NCBI GenBank assembly: GCA_030613025.1
Contig: JAUWMT010000008.1
Coordinates: 3,318 to 67,317 of the forward strand
DNA: 64,000 bases
From: Candidatus Cloacimonadota bacterium
Lineage (GTDB): Bacteria > Cloacimonadota > Cloacimonadia > JGIOTU-2
Direction of reading: 5' to 3'
Positions 10,359-20,870 of the stretch are shown one piece after another (the first letter of the stretch is position 1; each line of letters opens with the position of its first letter). Under the pieces are notes generated by a model that was not told the origin of the DNA, searched no databases, and saw nothing but the letters and a program-made list of their open reading frames with translations. The translations under genes were made by a program, and so were the position numbers.

Positions 10359-11789
10359 ATGAAAAAAGTAATAATATTTATCCTGATCCTTTCTATTGCT
10401 TCATCACTTTTTGCATTGAAAGATTTTAGTGTAACCGGCTTGAATGAAGCAACATACGTCTATAAAAATGCAGTTGATTCTCTGAGGAATTATTTCTCAG
10501 ACGAGTTTAGTTTCCGCATGACCTATAAGAATTTCACCTTTGGTATGAAGTTCATTGCAAATCTTCCAAAGTATGATGAATTCGCAGCGATGCAGGAGCT
10601 TACTTCGCAGTCGATTTCCTATACCTGGGATGAACGATTCCTTGAATATAAAGTGGATGATTTCTCTGCACGAGCCGGCAACTTTGAACAGGTTTTTGGC
10701 TCAGGTATTGCACTGCGTGTTTATAGGGATAGAGATTTTGATATTGACACACGATTGAACGGTTTCTCCGCAGAAATCTTCCCTAAATCCTTTCAGATGA
10801 AAGCACTTTATGGCGCACTTCCCAATGAGGATAATGACATTAAAAACGATGTGGTTGCCGGTATTGATATGCAGAAGGATATATTTGATCCCGTTAAACT
10901 TGGCGCTTCTTTTGTGAATGTTCGAGAGTGGCAGGCAGGTGATAATTATCTGGATAGAAAGATTCTCGGCATTCGTGCTGACGTGAATGCAAGCCGGTTT
11001 GATATGAGCGCTGAGTATGGTTATCTTGATCAATCTGAAGGTATCTCAAAGATAGGGCATGCCTTTTATGGAAATCTCAATACCTATTTTGATATAATTT
11101 CTTTTTCAGTTGCCTACAATAATTACCTGAATTTTGATTCGCGCTTGAACGACCTACCGATCCTCAATCACAGTAATGAACCGTTATATGACTCTCCGAT
11201 CGGGAAAGACCAGCAGGGCGTGATGGGAGAAGTGATGTTCATGCCTAATGACTTTAATGAGTTCGTAGTCAATTATGCTGAGGAATGGAATGATGCGTGG
11301 ACAATTCGGCAGAGCGATTTGTGGGTGGAAGCGATCCACTACTTTGACACCTCGATCCTCATCGCAAGCTTTTCTCATATTGAAAGAAAGGACGAGGAGA
11401 TAAATCACTGGGAAAAAGAAGTTACACCCACGCTTATGTATGATTTCATGATCGGTGAGACGCCTATTTCCATCAAAGCGGAATACCAGTATCATGACAA
11501 ACACTATCAGCAGGAAAAAATCCATCATTGGGAACCTCTTTTACAGATCGATACGAATATATTTAATATTGACTGTTCGGTCATTGCGGAATATTCTTAT
11601 GAAAAAATGAAAGATATTGGAAAAAATCCTCTCTGGCTCGGTGCAGAGATCAGCAAAGAGATATTTGAGAACACCACAATGCGTCTCTTTATCGGTAAAG
11701 AAAAAGGCGGAAAGGTCTGCCGCAACGGCATTTGTAAATATCGCAACCAGTTTGAAGGATTACGTTTAGAATTAATAACCACTTTTTAG
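10359..11789 (+). CDS. Outer-membrane beta-barrel, DUF6029-like, with C-terminal CxxGxC
   Basis: Signal peptide; amphipathic strands; GNFEQVFGSG; ends GGKVCRNGICKY...FEGLRLELITTF with terminal Phe. Confidence 0.7.
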   Translation: MKKVIIFILILSIASSLFALKDFSVTGLNEATYVYKNAVDSLRNYFSDEFSFRMTYKNFTFGMKFIANLPKYDEFAAMQELTSQSISYTWDERFLEYKVDDFSARAGNFEQVFGSGIALRVYRDRDFDIDTRLNGFSAEIFPKSFQMKALYGALPNEDNDIKNDVVAGIDMQKDIFDPVKLGASFVNVREWQAGDNYLDRKILGIRADVNASRFDMSAEYGYLDQSEGISKIGHAFYGNLNTYFDIISFSVAYNNYLNFDSRLNDLPILNHSNEPLYDSPIGKDQQGVMGEVMFMPNDFNEFVVNYAEEWNDAWTIRQSDLWVEAIHYFDTSILIASFSHIERKDEEINHWEKEVTPTLMYDFMIGETPISIKAEYQYHDKHYQQEKIHHWEPLLQIDTNIFNIDCSVIAEYSYEKMKDIGKNPLWLGAEISKEIFENTTMRLFIGKEKGGKVCRNGICKYRNQFEGLRLELITTF

Positions 11790-11803
11790 TGGGAGGAGCA
11801 TAA

Positions 11804-12535
11804 ATGAAAAAAATGGCAATTGTGTTTTTAAGTTTAATGATATTTGGTGTCATAAGTCTGCAGGCAGATCTGGCATTTGACATTCCATTTGATCCGGATG
11901 TTGTCGGACCAGCATATAATGACTCGAGTTATATCTATGTATCCGAATATTTCAGTATTGTTAATAATGGAGTAACAGATCATTTCACCGTTGTTCTAGA
12001 ATACGGCTCAATGCCACCGGATTGGTCGATCATGTTCTGTCATATTTTGAATGGTTCTGGCGCATGTCATTTACCGGTTTATCCATGGAATTTCAATTTT
12101 GCCAGCGGAGATACCCTTTTTCTTGATTTCACGATCAATGTGAACTCAGCTGGCTCAATGGATTTCACTTATACATTTACTGCACCAAGCTTAACAACGC
12201 CTTATGTGCTTGATTTTAGTTATACTACAGGCGTTTCTGTGGATGACCCTCAATCCAACGAAAAGGTACTTTTGAAAAATTCACCTAATCCCTTTAGTGA
12301 ATCAACCTCTATCTCATTTAATCTAAAGAATTCTGCACATAGAGGTGCAGAGATCACAATATACAATCTTCAGGGGAAGTGTGTTAAAACCTATGATATC
12401 ACCCCTGATATGAACTCGATCACATGGAATGGTAAGGATGAAAAAGGCACAGCCATGCCAAGCGGTGTGTACTATTACACAATTTCTTTGGATGACGAGA
12501 TCACAAAAACAAAAAAATTATTATTACTCAAATAA
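11804..12535 (+). CDS. Secreted protein with C-terminal FlgD-Ig/T9SS-type sorting domain
   Basis: Signal peptide; Cys pair FCH...GACH; NSPNPF...IYNLQG...WNG...SGVYYY. Confidence 0.8.
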   Translation: MKKMAIVFLSLMIFGVISLQADLAFDIPFDPDVVGPAYNDSSYIYVSEYFSIVNNGVTDHFTVVLEYGSMPPDWSIMFCHILNGSGACHLPVYPWNFNFASGDTLFLDFTINVNSAGSMDFTYTFTAPSLTTPYVLDFSYTTGVSVDDPQSNEKVLLKNSPNPFSESTSISFNLKNSAHRGAEITIYNLQGKCVKTYDITPDMNSITWNGKDEKGTAMPSGVYYYTISLDDEITKTKKLLLLK

Positions 12536-12543
12536 GGAGACCT

Positions 12544-14628
12544 ATGCGTTTTAAACTTGGACTATTGATATCAATGTTACTGATATTTAGCGGATTTTCA
12601 ACATTGTATGGAAATCAGAAAATATTAACCCCGCAGCTTGAGCAGAAGTTGCAAGAGAGTACTCAGGATGAATTAATACCTATCAATATAGTGATGAAGC
12701 AGCAGTATGATCATCAGGATTTGTTGCAGCAAAGTAACTTTTTACCTAGTTCGGAAAGAAGAGATTTTGTAATTCAGGAATTGAAATCCTTTACTGATAT
12801 CCATCAGCAGGATCTTCTTTATGATCTGGAGAACTTATCCTATAATGATATTGTGCAGGATATCCAGCCCTTGTGGGTTTCGAATGTCATAACCTGTAAG
12901 GCAACATCGGAGGTCATATATGATCTTATTCAAAGAAATGATATTGACTTTATTGATCATGATGAGGTCCGCAATATGCTGATGTTTGAAAAAGAAAATT
13001 CCTATAATCCAACCTCCCGTGAGATCACATGGAATGTGATCAAGGTCAATGCAGATGATGTATGGAATCTTGGCTATACTGGGAGCGGAGTAACTGTTGC
13101 TGTGATCGATACCGGCGTGAACTATAACCATGTTGATCTTGCAGATCATCTCTGGACTGATCCCGGTTACCCAAATCATGGCTGGGATTTTCGTTTCAAT
13201 GACAACAATCCTATGGATGATCACGGACATGGCACACATTGTGCGGGAACAGTTGCCGGAGACGGAACTGCCGGCTCTCAGACAGGTGTTGCTCCTGATG
13301 CGGAGATCATGTGCCTGAAAGTACTCGATAGTGGTGGAAGCGGCTCTGAGTCCGGTGTGTGGAGCGCGATCCAGTTTGCTATCGATAATGGAGCAGATAT
13401 AATGAGCATGTCCCTGGGCTGGCTTCATGCATGGGGACCGAACAGAGTAACGTGGCGGAATACCATGAATACAGCTTTGGCTGCAGGTGTCGTTGCATCT
13501 GTTGCAGCAGGCAATGAGGGAGATCAGCAGTATATGTATCAAATCCCTGATAATGTCCGTACTCCCGGAGATTGTCCTCCCCCCTGGCTTCATCCCGACC
13601 AAACACTGACAGGTGGTATAAGCTCGGTTGTTTGTGTTGGTGCCACCAACTCCGGTGATGGAATTTCGGGCTTTTCCGCTCGAGGTCCTGTCACATGGCA
13701 GAGCATTTCCGGATTCAATGATTATGCATATAGCCCCGGAATGGGTTTGATACGTCCTGATGTAGTTGCGCCCGGATCTAATATTAAATCTTTAGCCCAT
13801 TATAGTAACTACGGATATGAAAACGGCTGGAGCGGAACATCTATGGCTACACCCTGTGCTGCAGGAGTCATGGCTCTGATGCTTTCAAAAAATCCCAATA
13901 TAGCTCCTCCCCAGATCGACCAGATCCTCGAAGAAACTGCCCTTCCTCTGGCAACTTCAAAGAGCAACACTTATGGTTCGGGAAGAGTGGATGCGCTGGA
14001 AGCAATAAACCAGGTTCCATTCCCAAGTCCGGTCATGAATTTTTATCCTGACAGTCTTGATTTCGGTCCTGTACAGATCGGTTATGACTCCACCCTGCAA
14101 TTCTATATTGAAAATGTAGGCGGAGATACTCTGCGTGGAATTATCATATCACCTGAAGGATATTCCGTTGCACAGGATGGTTTAAAAGAACCCGGAAGAA
14201 ATACTGTCGAATTTGCAGTTCCATCAGGCAACACTGATACTTACAATCTTACTTTCACTCCCACAAATGTTCAATCCTATGACGGACAGGTCAGGATCAG
14301 TCAATACCCATTTTATAACTTCTTTCTTGATGTCTATGGCGAAGGATATCCTGAAGTGGGCAATGAGCCCGACCTCAACTTTAATGCGATAATTGAACAT
14401 TTTCCAAATCCTGTAAGAACTACTCTGACAATTCATTATGCTCTTGGTCAACAAAATACCGATCTGCCAATTGCGATCTATAATATTAAAGGTGAGTTCG
14501 TAACGGAAATTCAGGGAAGTAACGGCTTTGCACATCTCGACGCAACAAACATGAACGATGGTGTGTATTTATACAAAATTCAAAATAGTGAAACAACTTA
14601 TATTGATAAATTCATTATAATAAAATAA
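12544..14628 (+). CDS. Subtilisin-like S8 serine peptidase with C-terminal sorting domain
   Basis: VAVIDTG, HGHGTHCAG, SGTSMATP catalytic triad; FPNP...IYNIKG CTD. Confidence 0.92.
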   Translation: MRFKLGLLISMLLIFSGFSTLYGNQKILTPQLEQKLQESTQDELIPINIVMKQQYDHQDLLQQSNFLPSSERRDFVIQELKSFTDIHQQDLLYDLENLSYNDIVQDIQPLWVSNVITCKATSEVIYDLIQRNDIDFIDHDEVRNMLMFEKENSYNPTSREITWNVIKVNADDVWNLGYTGSGVTVAVIDTGVNYNHVDLADHLWTDPGYPNHGWDFRFNDNNPMDDHGHGTHCAGTVAGDGTAGSQTGVAPDAEIMCLKVLDSGGSGSESGVWSAIQFAIDNGADIMSMSLGWLHAWGPNRVTWRNTMNTALAAGVVASVAAGNEGDQQYMYQIPDNVRTPGDCPPPWLHPDQTLTGGISSVVCVGATNSGDGISGFSARGPVTWQSISGFNDYAYSPGMGLIRPDVVAPGSNIKSLAHYSNYGYENGWSGTSMATPCAAGVMALMLSKNPNIAPPQIDQILEETALPLATSKSNTYGSGRVDALEAINQVPFPSPVMNFYPDSLDFGPVQIGYDSTLQFYIENVGGDTLRGIIISPEGYSVAQDGLKEPGRNTVEFAVPSGNTDTYNLTFTPTNVQSYDGQVRISQYPFYNFFLDVYGEGYPEVGNEPDLNFNAIIEHFPNPVRTTLTIHYALGQQNTDLPIAIYNIKGEFVTEIQGSNGFAHLDATNMNDGVYLYKIQNSETTYIDKFIIIK

Positions 14629-14888
14629 CATGAACCACGAAATACACGAAAGTCACGAAAAAATTAAGAAGAAGTTTTGCAGAATATTTTTATTAAAATC
14701 AATTTTCGTGTTTTTTGTAGTTAGAAATTTTTATATGGAGGTGGCTGAATAGTCAAAACATTGATTGAGGATGATAGCAAAAGCAGTTCCATAATTAAAA
14801 GATGAAATAAAAATTACTTTGACATTTAAATTTTGACATTTTATTTGTCATTAGTAATTTGGATTTAGAAATTATTTTAAAGGTTAAT

Positions 14889-17498
14889 ATGATCATGAAG
14901 AAAAAAAGAACAAAAATATTTGCTATTGCGTTGATATGTGTTGCAATTCTAGCAGTTGTGCTCATTTCCGTTCATAAACCAGCTCTAAAAGGCAAACCTG
15001 CAGAACGCTGGGTGGAGAGACCTCACGGCGAAAAAGTAAAGAAAGAACCGGATGTGCTTCCTAATGAATGGATGGCATATCAACGTGTATATCCCTATAA
15101 TAAGATCAAGCTTGAGAACTATCTCAAAGGTATTGAAGATGCACAAAAACTGCATGAGGGGTCCTCTCAATATAGATATAACTGGGAACTTGTCGGTCCA
15201 ACTAATATCGGTGGACGGATTACCGATCTTGCTATTGACCCGACTGATCTCAATAAATACTATGTGGGAGCAGCATCAGGCGGTGTGTATAAAACCATAA
15301 ACGGCGGTGCAAGCTGGGAAAATATCTTCACGGATGTACCTGTTATCTCAATTGGAGATATTGAAGTCGATCCTAATGATGGGAATACACTTTATGTTGG
15401 AACAGGCGAAGCGAATGCTTCGAGTTATAGTTTTTTGGGAAACGGAATGTATAAATCTACAAATGGCGGATTGTCCTGGGATCATATTGGACTTGACGAA
15501 TCAGGATACGTCGGAAGAATTATTGTGGATTATAACAATTCCCAGAGAGTATTCGTTGCTGCTTGCGGAAATTTGTTTTCAGCGAATCCGGAACGTGGTG
15601 TATATCGCAGCGATGATGGGGGACAAACCTGGGTTAGAAAGCTATTTATCACAGATTCTACAGCCGCAGTTGATTTGGTTCAACATCCTACAAATCCGGA
15701 CATTTTGTACGCTGCTATGTGGGAGCGTATGAGGGGTTTGAATTACAGACGCTCATTTGGTTTGAGTTCCGGAATTTGGAAATCAGAAAATGGCGGGGAT
15801 ACTTGGACTGAGCTGACGAATGGCTTACCTACAGGAAACGATGTCGGCAGAATTGGTCTGGCAATTGCAAAATCTAATCCGAACAGACTCTATGCCTTTT
15901 ATGATAGAACGAATCAGATTGATGTCTTTAAAACAAATGATGGCGGAAACAGTTGGACTGCTACGAATGATGGTGCGCTGCAGGGAATCAACAGCACCTT
16001 TGGCTGGTATTTTGGGCAAATTCGGGTTGACCCGAATGATCAAGACCGGGCGTATGTGATGGGAGTATATCTCTACCACACGACAAATGGAGGTTCAAGC
16101 TGGAGCCAGATCGGCAGCAACATCCACGTTGATCATCATGCAATGTATATTGATGAAGTCACAGGATTTATAATTGAAGGAAATGATGGCGGTCTTTATA
16201 CAAGCTCAAATTCCGGCACATCCTGGACAAAAATCAATAATCTTCCAATGACCCAGTTCTATGCAATTGAGATCGATCAAACCTACCCATACAGAATTTA
16301 CGGCGGCACACAGGACAATAATACTATTCGAACTCTCACTGGAGCACTCAATGATTGGGAACCAATTCTGGGCGGAGACGGATTCTACTGCATTGTAGAT
16401 TACACTGATCCTAATACTATATTTGCAGAATATCAATGGGGCAATTTGTATAGATCTACAAATGGCGGTTATAGTTTTAATTATATTTCCTATCCAATGA
16501 GCGGAGACAGAACGAACTGGTCATCACCTTATGTGATGCATCCTATCAATCCTGATATTCTCTACTTTGGTACTTACCGAATTTGGAAAACTACGAATGG
16601 TGGTTCGGGCTGGAATGCGGTCAGCGGAGATCTTACTCAAGGTGATGATGGAAGCAGTTATCACACTATTTCTACAATAGCAATTTCGAAACTCAATCCA
16701 GGTCTTATTCTTGCAGGCAGCGATGATGGAAGAGTTCACATTTCTCATAATAATGGAAGTTCATGGATAGATATTTCTACAGGATTACCGGATCGCTGGA
16801 TAACCAGAGTTGCTTTTGATCATCATGATGCAAATACTATTTATGCAACTGTTTCGGGATTTCGCTGGGATGAGGAAGCTCCTCACGTCTTCAAGTCCAC
16901 CAATCTTGGAATGGACTGGTTGAATATAAGCGGAAATCTTCCTGAAATTCCTGTGAACTGCATTGCTGTTGATCCTAATATTCCGAATAAGTTATTTGTA
17001 GGAACGGACTCCGGCGTATTCTTCTCTGAAGATGGAGGACAGAACTGGTATGGACTTTCTCAAGGGCTTCCAAATGTTCCTGTTACAGATATGAAGATCT
17101 ACAATCCAGATCGATTTATGGTCATCGGAACCTACGGCTGTTCCGCTTATAAGATCGATCTTGATGACATTATTGTTAGTAATGATCCGGAACCGGAAGA
17201 GCAAGTATTTGTGAAGCTTTATCAGAATTATCCAAATCCGATTTCATTGACAGCGCATACTTCAACTCAAATCGGTTTCTCACTTGGTACAGCTGGGAAT
17301 GTAGATATTTCTATCTACAATATAAAAGGGCAGAAGATCAAAACTATTCTGAATACTCAAATGGCAGCTGGTGATCATACTGCGCAATGGAATGGCACTG
17401 ATGAGTTAGAACAATCTGTCTCCACCGGCATCTATCTCTATAAATTATCAGTAAATGGCAATGTAAAACAAATAAAACGATGTACGGTTATTAAATAG
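14889..17498 (+). CDS. BNR/VPS10-like beta-propeller (putative glycosyl hydrolase) with C-terminal sorting domain
   Basis: GPTNIGGR; repeated Asp-box motifs (K/R)(S/T)xxGGxxW; HVDHH; NYPNP CTD. Confidence 0.82.
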   Translation: MIMKKKRTKIFAIALICVAILAVVLISVHKPALKGKPAERWVERPHGEKVKKEPDVLPNEWMAYQRVYPYNKIKLENYLKGIEDAQKLHEGSSQYRYNWELVGPTNIGGRITDLAIDPTDLNKYYVGAASGGVYKTINGGASWENIFTDVPVISIGDIEVDPNDGNTLYVGTGEANASSYSFLGNGMYKSTNGGLSWDHIGLDESGYVGRIIVDYNNSQRVFVAACGNLFSANPERGVYRSDDGGQTWVRKLFITDSTAAVDLVQHPTNPDILYAAMWERMRGLNYRRSFGLSSGIWKSENGGDTWTELTNGLPTGNDVGRIGLAIAKSNPNRLYAFYDRTNQIDVFKTNDGGNSWTATNDGALQGINSTFGWYFGQIRVDPNDQDRAYVMGVYLYHTTNGGSSWSQIGSNIHVDHHAMYIDEVTGFIIEGNDGGLYTSSNSGTSWTKINNLPMTQFYAIEIDQTYPYRIYGGTQDNNTIRTLTGALNDWEPILGGDGFYCIVDYTDPNTIFAEYQWGNLYRSTNGGYSFNYISYPMSGDRTNWSSPYVMHPINPDILYFGTYRIWKTTNGGSGWNAVSGDLTQGDDGSSYHTISTIAISKLNPGLILAGSDDGRVHISHNNGSSWIDISTGLPDRWITRVAFDHHDANTIYATVSGFRWDEEAPHVFKSTNLGMDWLNISGNLPEIPVNCIAVDPNIPNKLFVGTDSGVFFSEDGGQNWYGLSQGLPNVPVTDMKIYNPDRFMVIGTYGCSAYKIDLDDIIVSNDPEPEEQVFVKLYQNYPNPISLTAHTSTQIGFSLGTAGNVDISIYNIKGQKIKTILNTQMAAGDHTAQWNGTDELEQSVSTGIYLYKLSVNGNVKQIKRCTVIK

Positions 17499-17976
17499 AT
17501 CTAAATATCTCAAATCATTTGCATATTTGAAAAATCGAAAAGCACGAAAAGACACAAAAAAAATTTAAAGGAAAGGGACCAGCCCGAGGGATGATCCCAA
17601 TTTGAACAATCTCAGTATTTTTGCTCATCAAGCACTGAGACTGAACAAAAGAACACCATTTTTATAAAAAAACGTATTAACGATGTCAAGAAATAGGTGG
17701 GGATAAGAAAGAATTGACAAAAAGGTGAAGAAATTAAATAAATGATTAAGCATTGAAGTGGATATTGTTTTTACTATTGAAATTGTGCGGAATATAAATG
17801 TGGAAATAATAAAAAATATTATGAAAGAAAATAAAAGCAAAATACACGAAATATTACGTATACACACCCAAATGAGAGGCATATACGAACTTTTGTGGAA
17901 ATTTAAAGTAGATATTCACGAACTTGTTCGGGGATACACATGTTAAGTGCAACAATAAATATAGACGAAGGAAAAA

Positions 17977-18321
17977 ATGAAGTGTCCAAAATGCAATGCA
18001 GATGTAATTAATGGTGTAAAATTTTGTAGTAATTGTGGATATTCTTTAGGCAAAGAGAAAAATATTAATTTTGCTGAACACAATTCTTCTTACAATTATT
18101 CAAGCTCAAACAAGAAATTAAAATCACCTGGTTTAGCATTTTTTCTTGGTTTTTTGTTTGGCCCTTTGGGTTTGTTATATATTTCAACTAAGCTAGCTTT
18201 AGGTGCATTTATATTATTAGCTTTTTTTGCATTAATTACTGGAGGGATAGGTTTATCTTTATGGTTTGCATGTGCTTTTGGTGGTTATTTTGCAGCTAAA
18301 GACTATAATAAAAAACATTAA
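17977..18321 (+). CDS. Zinc-ribbon membrane protein
   Basis: CPKC...FCSNCG followed by KSPGLAFFLGFLFGPLGLLY and hydrophobic helices. Confidence 0.8.
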   Translation: MKCPKCNADVINGVKFCSNCGYSLGKEKNINFAEHNSSYNYSSSNKKLKSPGLAFFLGFLFGPLGLLYISTKLALGAFILLAFFALITGGIGLSLWFACAFGGYFAAKDYNKKH

Positions 18322-18335
18322 TATATGGAGGTAAG

Positions 18336-18917
18336 ATGAAATGTAAGAATTGTAATGCAGAAATCTTAGATGATGCTAAATTTTGCAGTAATTGTGGTTT
18401 TAAAATGGAAAGCAAAAATTTATGCCCAAATTGTGGTATTGAAATTGAACAAGGAATAAAATTCTGCGGTAGCTGTGGTGAGCAAATAAGTGGTTCATTT
18501 AGCACAAATCATCAACAATCAAAATTAAAATCAGGATCAACAAAACAAAGAGTCTATGTAAATAAAGCTTCTCAATTATCTAAAGCATCAGAAATTGTAA
18601 AAGCCCTGTTATCAAATGAAAATCTTGAGTATCAAGAGTTTCCAGATTCTAATGGTATTTTAATACAAGCAAGAAAACCACCAAAAATTTGGAAAACAGC
18701 TTTAGGACTAGAAATTGCAGCTACAATTAAATTAAATAAAGATGGTGAAGACCTTATTGTAAATATTGGTGGAGGTAAATGGTTAGATAAAGCCGCAGGT
18801 GGGACAGTATTTTGGTTTGTTTTTTGGCCAGCGATATTAACTACTGGTTGGGGAATATATATACAGCAAAAGTTATTTAAACAAATTGATAATGCATTAA
18901 TTGCAAATTTAAATTGA
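18336..18917 (+). CDS. Double zinc-ribbon protein with C-terminal hydrophobic segment
   Basis: Four CxxC pairs (CKNC, CSNC, CPNC, CGSC); GGAGG RBS. Confidence 0.8.
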   Translation: MKCKNCNAEILDDAKFCSNCGFKMESKNLCPNCGIEIEQGIKFCGSCGEQISGSFSTNHQQSKLKSGSTKQRVYVNKASQLSKASEIVKALLSNENLEYQEFPDSNGILIQARKPPKIWKTALGLEIAATIKLNKDGEDLIVNIGGGKWLDKAAGGTVFWFVFWPAILTTGWGIYIQQKLFKQIDNALIANLN

Positions 18918-18940
18918 TATTACTAGTTATGGGAGAAAAA

Positions 18941-19228
18941 ATGAATATCTTTGAACAATTAGAAAGAATTGATGAAATAATTGAAAAAAAATTTGAACTT
19001 GAAGCTCAAAATATGATGCAAATATTAGAAGGAGGAAGTCTTGGAGGATTGGGATTTGCTAATTCAGGAATGCAACCTTTGAGCCGTTATCATAAAGACC
19101 CATTAGGGAATGTTATTGATCAAGATAATGATGACATACCTGATAATATGGATTATCATTGGGGACATGGACAATATGATCAAAATGATTTAAATCACAA
19201 TGGTACACCAGATTATTTAGAAGAGTAA
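18941..19228 (+). CDS. Small acidic protein with putative Ca-binding DxDxDxxPD motifs
   Basis: DQDNDDIPDNMD and DLNHNGTPDYLE; GGAG before ATG 18941; tightly coupled to neighbours. Confidence 0.6.
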   Translation: MNIFEQLERIDEIIEKKFELEAQNMMQILEGGSLGGLGFANSGMQPLSRYHKDPLGNVIDQDNDDIPDNMDYHWGHGQYDQNDLNHNGTPDYLEE

Positions 19229-19229
19229 T

Positions 19230-20612
19230 ATGAAAACAAATAATTCTGATAAAATTCAATTATGCTATGTTTTTCTATCTATATGTAGAGAAAACGAGAT
19301 TAATAAACTAATCGAAATAATTTTTTCATTATTTTCGAAAGAAGAGTTTGATGAAATTATAAATAGCTTGCCAAAAAGGGATAAATTTATTAAAAAAGCA
19401 AATCCTGAAAAATTATCCAATAATCAAAAAATACTTATTCTAACATATTCACATTTATATTTTTCCTATCATGATATATCTCTTCAAAATCCTGATTTAA
19501 GTTTTCTATTAAAATCATTCAACATAAATAAGAAATTCTCCGATACTTTTCATGATTTTTTTAATGAAGAAACTATAAAAAATCTGATAGATAAAAGAAC
19601 TCCAATTGAAAATATTTTTGAACCAACAGCAAGGACATTGCATTTTGTTACAAATTTTATTTACTTCATTTTTCAAAATGGCAGTTTTATTGAAAAACAA
19701 ATTCTATATGATTTAAATAATCGTGAATATGAGCACGAATTAGATAGAAAAGCTTTGATGGCTCTTGAGGGTACGCCAGGTTTAGAAAAAGTTGTTAGAT
19801 TTTTTAATAAATACGGTTTAGAGAGGTTTATTAAAATTCAATATACAGGAAGTAATATTAAAGTTACTAAAACTAATTTTCCGATGTTACATAAAATGCT
19901 TTTAGAAGCTTGTAATGTATTAGCTATAGATAAAATTCCTGATTTGTATATTGAATTAGGTTTCATCAATGCTAAGATAATGGGAGTAGAAAAACCGATT
20001 ATTGTTTTAACTTCAGGTTGTATAGGATTACTTACATTTGACGAATTGCTTTTCATTATAGGTCATGAATTAGGTCACATTAAAAGCGAACATGTTTTAT
20101 ATCATCAGATGTCTGAAGTACTTCCTATTTTGGGTGCTGTAATTGGTAACGCTACTTTAGGAATCGGAGGACTTGTGGCAACTGGTATTCAAATTGCACT
20201 TTTAAATTGGCGTAGAAAATCAGAATTTACTGCTGATCGTGCCGGTTTATTAGTTTGCCAAAATATTGATTCTGCAATCACGGCAATGATGAAATTAGCA
20301 GGTTTACCACCTAAATATTATAAAATTGCGAATACAGATGATTTTATTCAGCAAGCAAAAGAATTTGAAGATTTTGATTTTAATCAATTTGATAAAGCTG
20401 CTAAGGTATTAAGCGTTATGGGTGCAACACATCCTTGGACGGTAATGAGAGCTGCTGAAATGAATAAATGGATAGATTCTGGAAACTATACTAACATCAT
20501 AGAAAGACATGCAAAAAAGAAATCAAATCCAGATAATATATTTTGTGTAAATTGCGGTAAAAAAATCAAGAAAGGTCAACCGTTTTGTAATTTTTGTGGA
20601 TGCAAATTATAA
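19230..20612 (+). CDS. M48-family zinc metallopeptidase with C-terminal zinc ribbon
   Basis: GHELGH (HExxH), SEFTADRAG, THP, terminal CVNC...FCNFCG. Confidence 0.85.
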   Translation: MKTNNSDKIQLCYVFLSICRENEINKLIEIIFSLFSKEEFDEIINSLPKRDKFIKKANPEKLSNNQKILILTYSHLYFSYHDISLQNPDLSFLLKSFNINKKFSDTFHDFFNEETIKNLIDKRTPIENIFEPTARTLHFVTNFIYFIFQNGSFIEKQILYDLNNREYEHELDRKALMALEGTPGLEKVVRFFNKYGLERFIKIQYTGSNIKVTKTNFPMLHKMLLEACNVLAIDKIPDLYIELGFINAKIMGVEKPIIVLTSGCIGLLTFDELLFIIGHELGHIKSEHVLYHQMSEVLPILGAVIGNATLGIGGLVATGIQIALLNWRRKSEFTADRAGLLVCQNIDSAITAMMKLAGLPPKYYKIANTDDFIQQAKEFEDFDFNQFDKAAKVLSVMGATHPWTVMRAAEMNKWIDSGNYTNIIERHAKKKSNPDNIFCVNCGKKIKKGQPFCNFCGCKL

Positions 20613-20870
20613 GAGGTAAATTATTGGTTGGGCTGATAATTTATTAAATAGGAATTAATGTAATTTTGCATTTAATTTAAGAAGGATAATGAATATTATG
20701 TGTATAGTAGAAATAAACACAATGGTATTTATGCACCCAAATTGGCAGGCTAAACACAATGAATTTATCTACAAGTTGTGCGCCATTGTTTAGATTATTA
20801 AAATACACCAAATTAAAATGAAACACAGTGTTATAAAGAAAAATTTTAAATATAAAAAAATCAAAACATA

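Noticed and set aside
17628..17946. Short ORFs 17628-17882 (-) and 17758-17946 (+)
   Set aside because: AT-rich leader DNA without RBS or recognisable motifs; more likely non-coding
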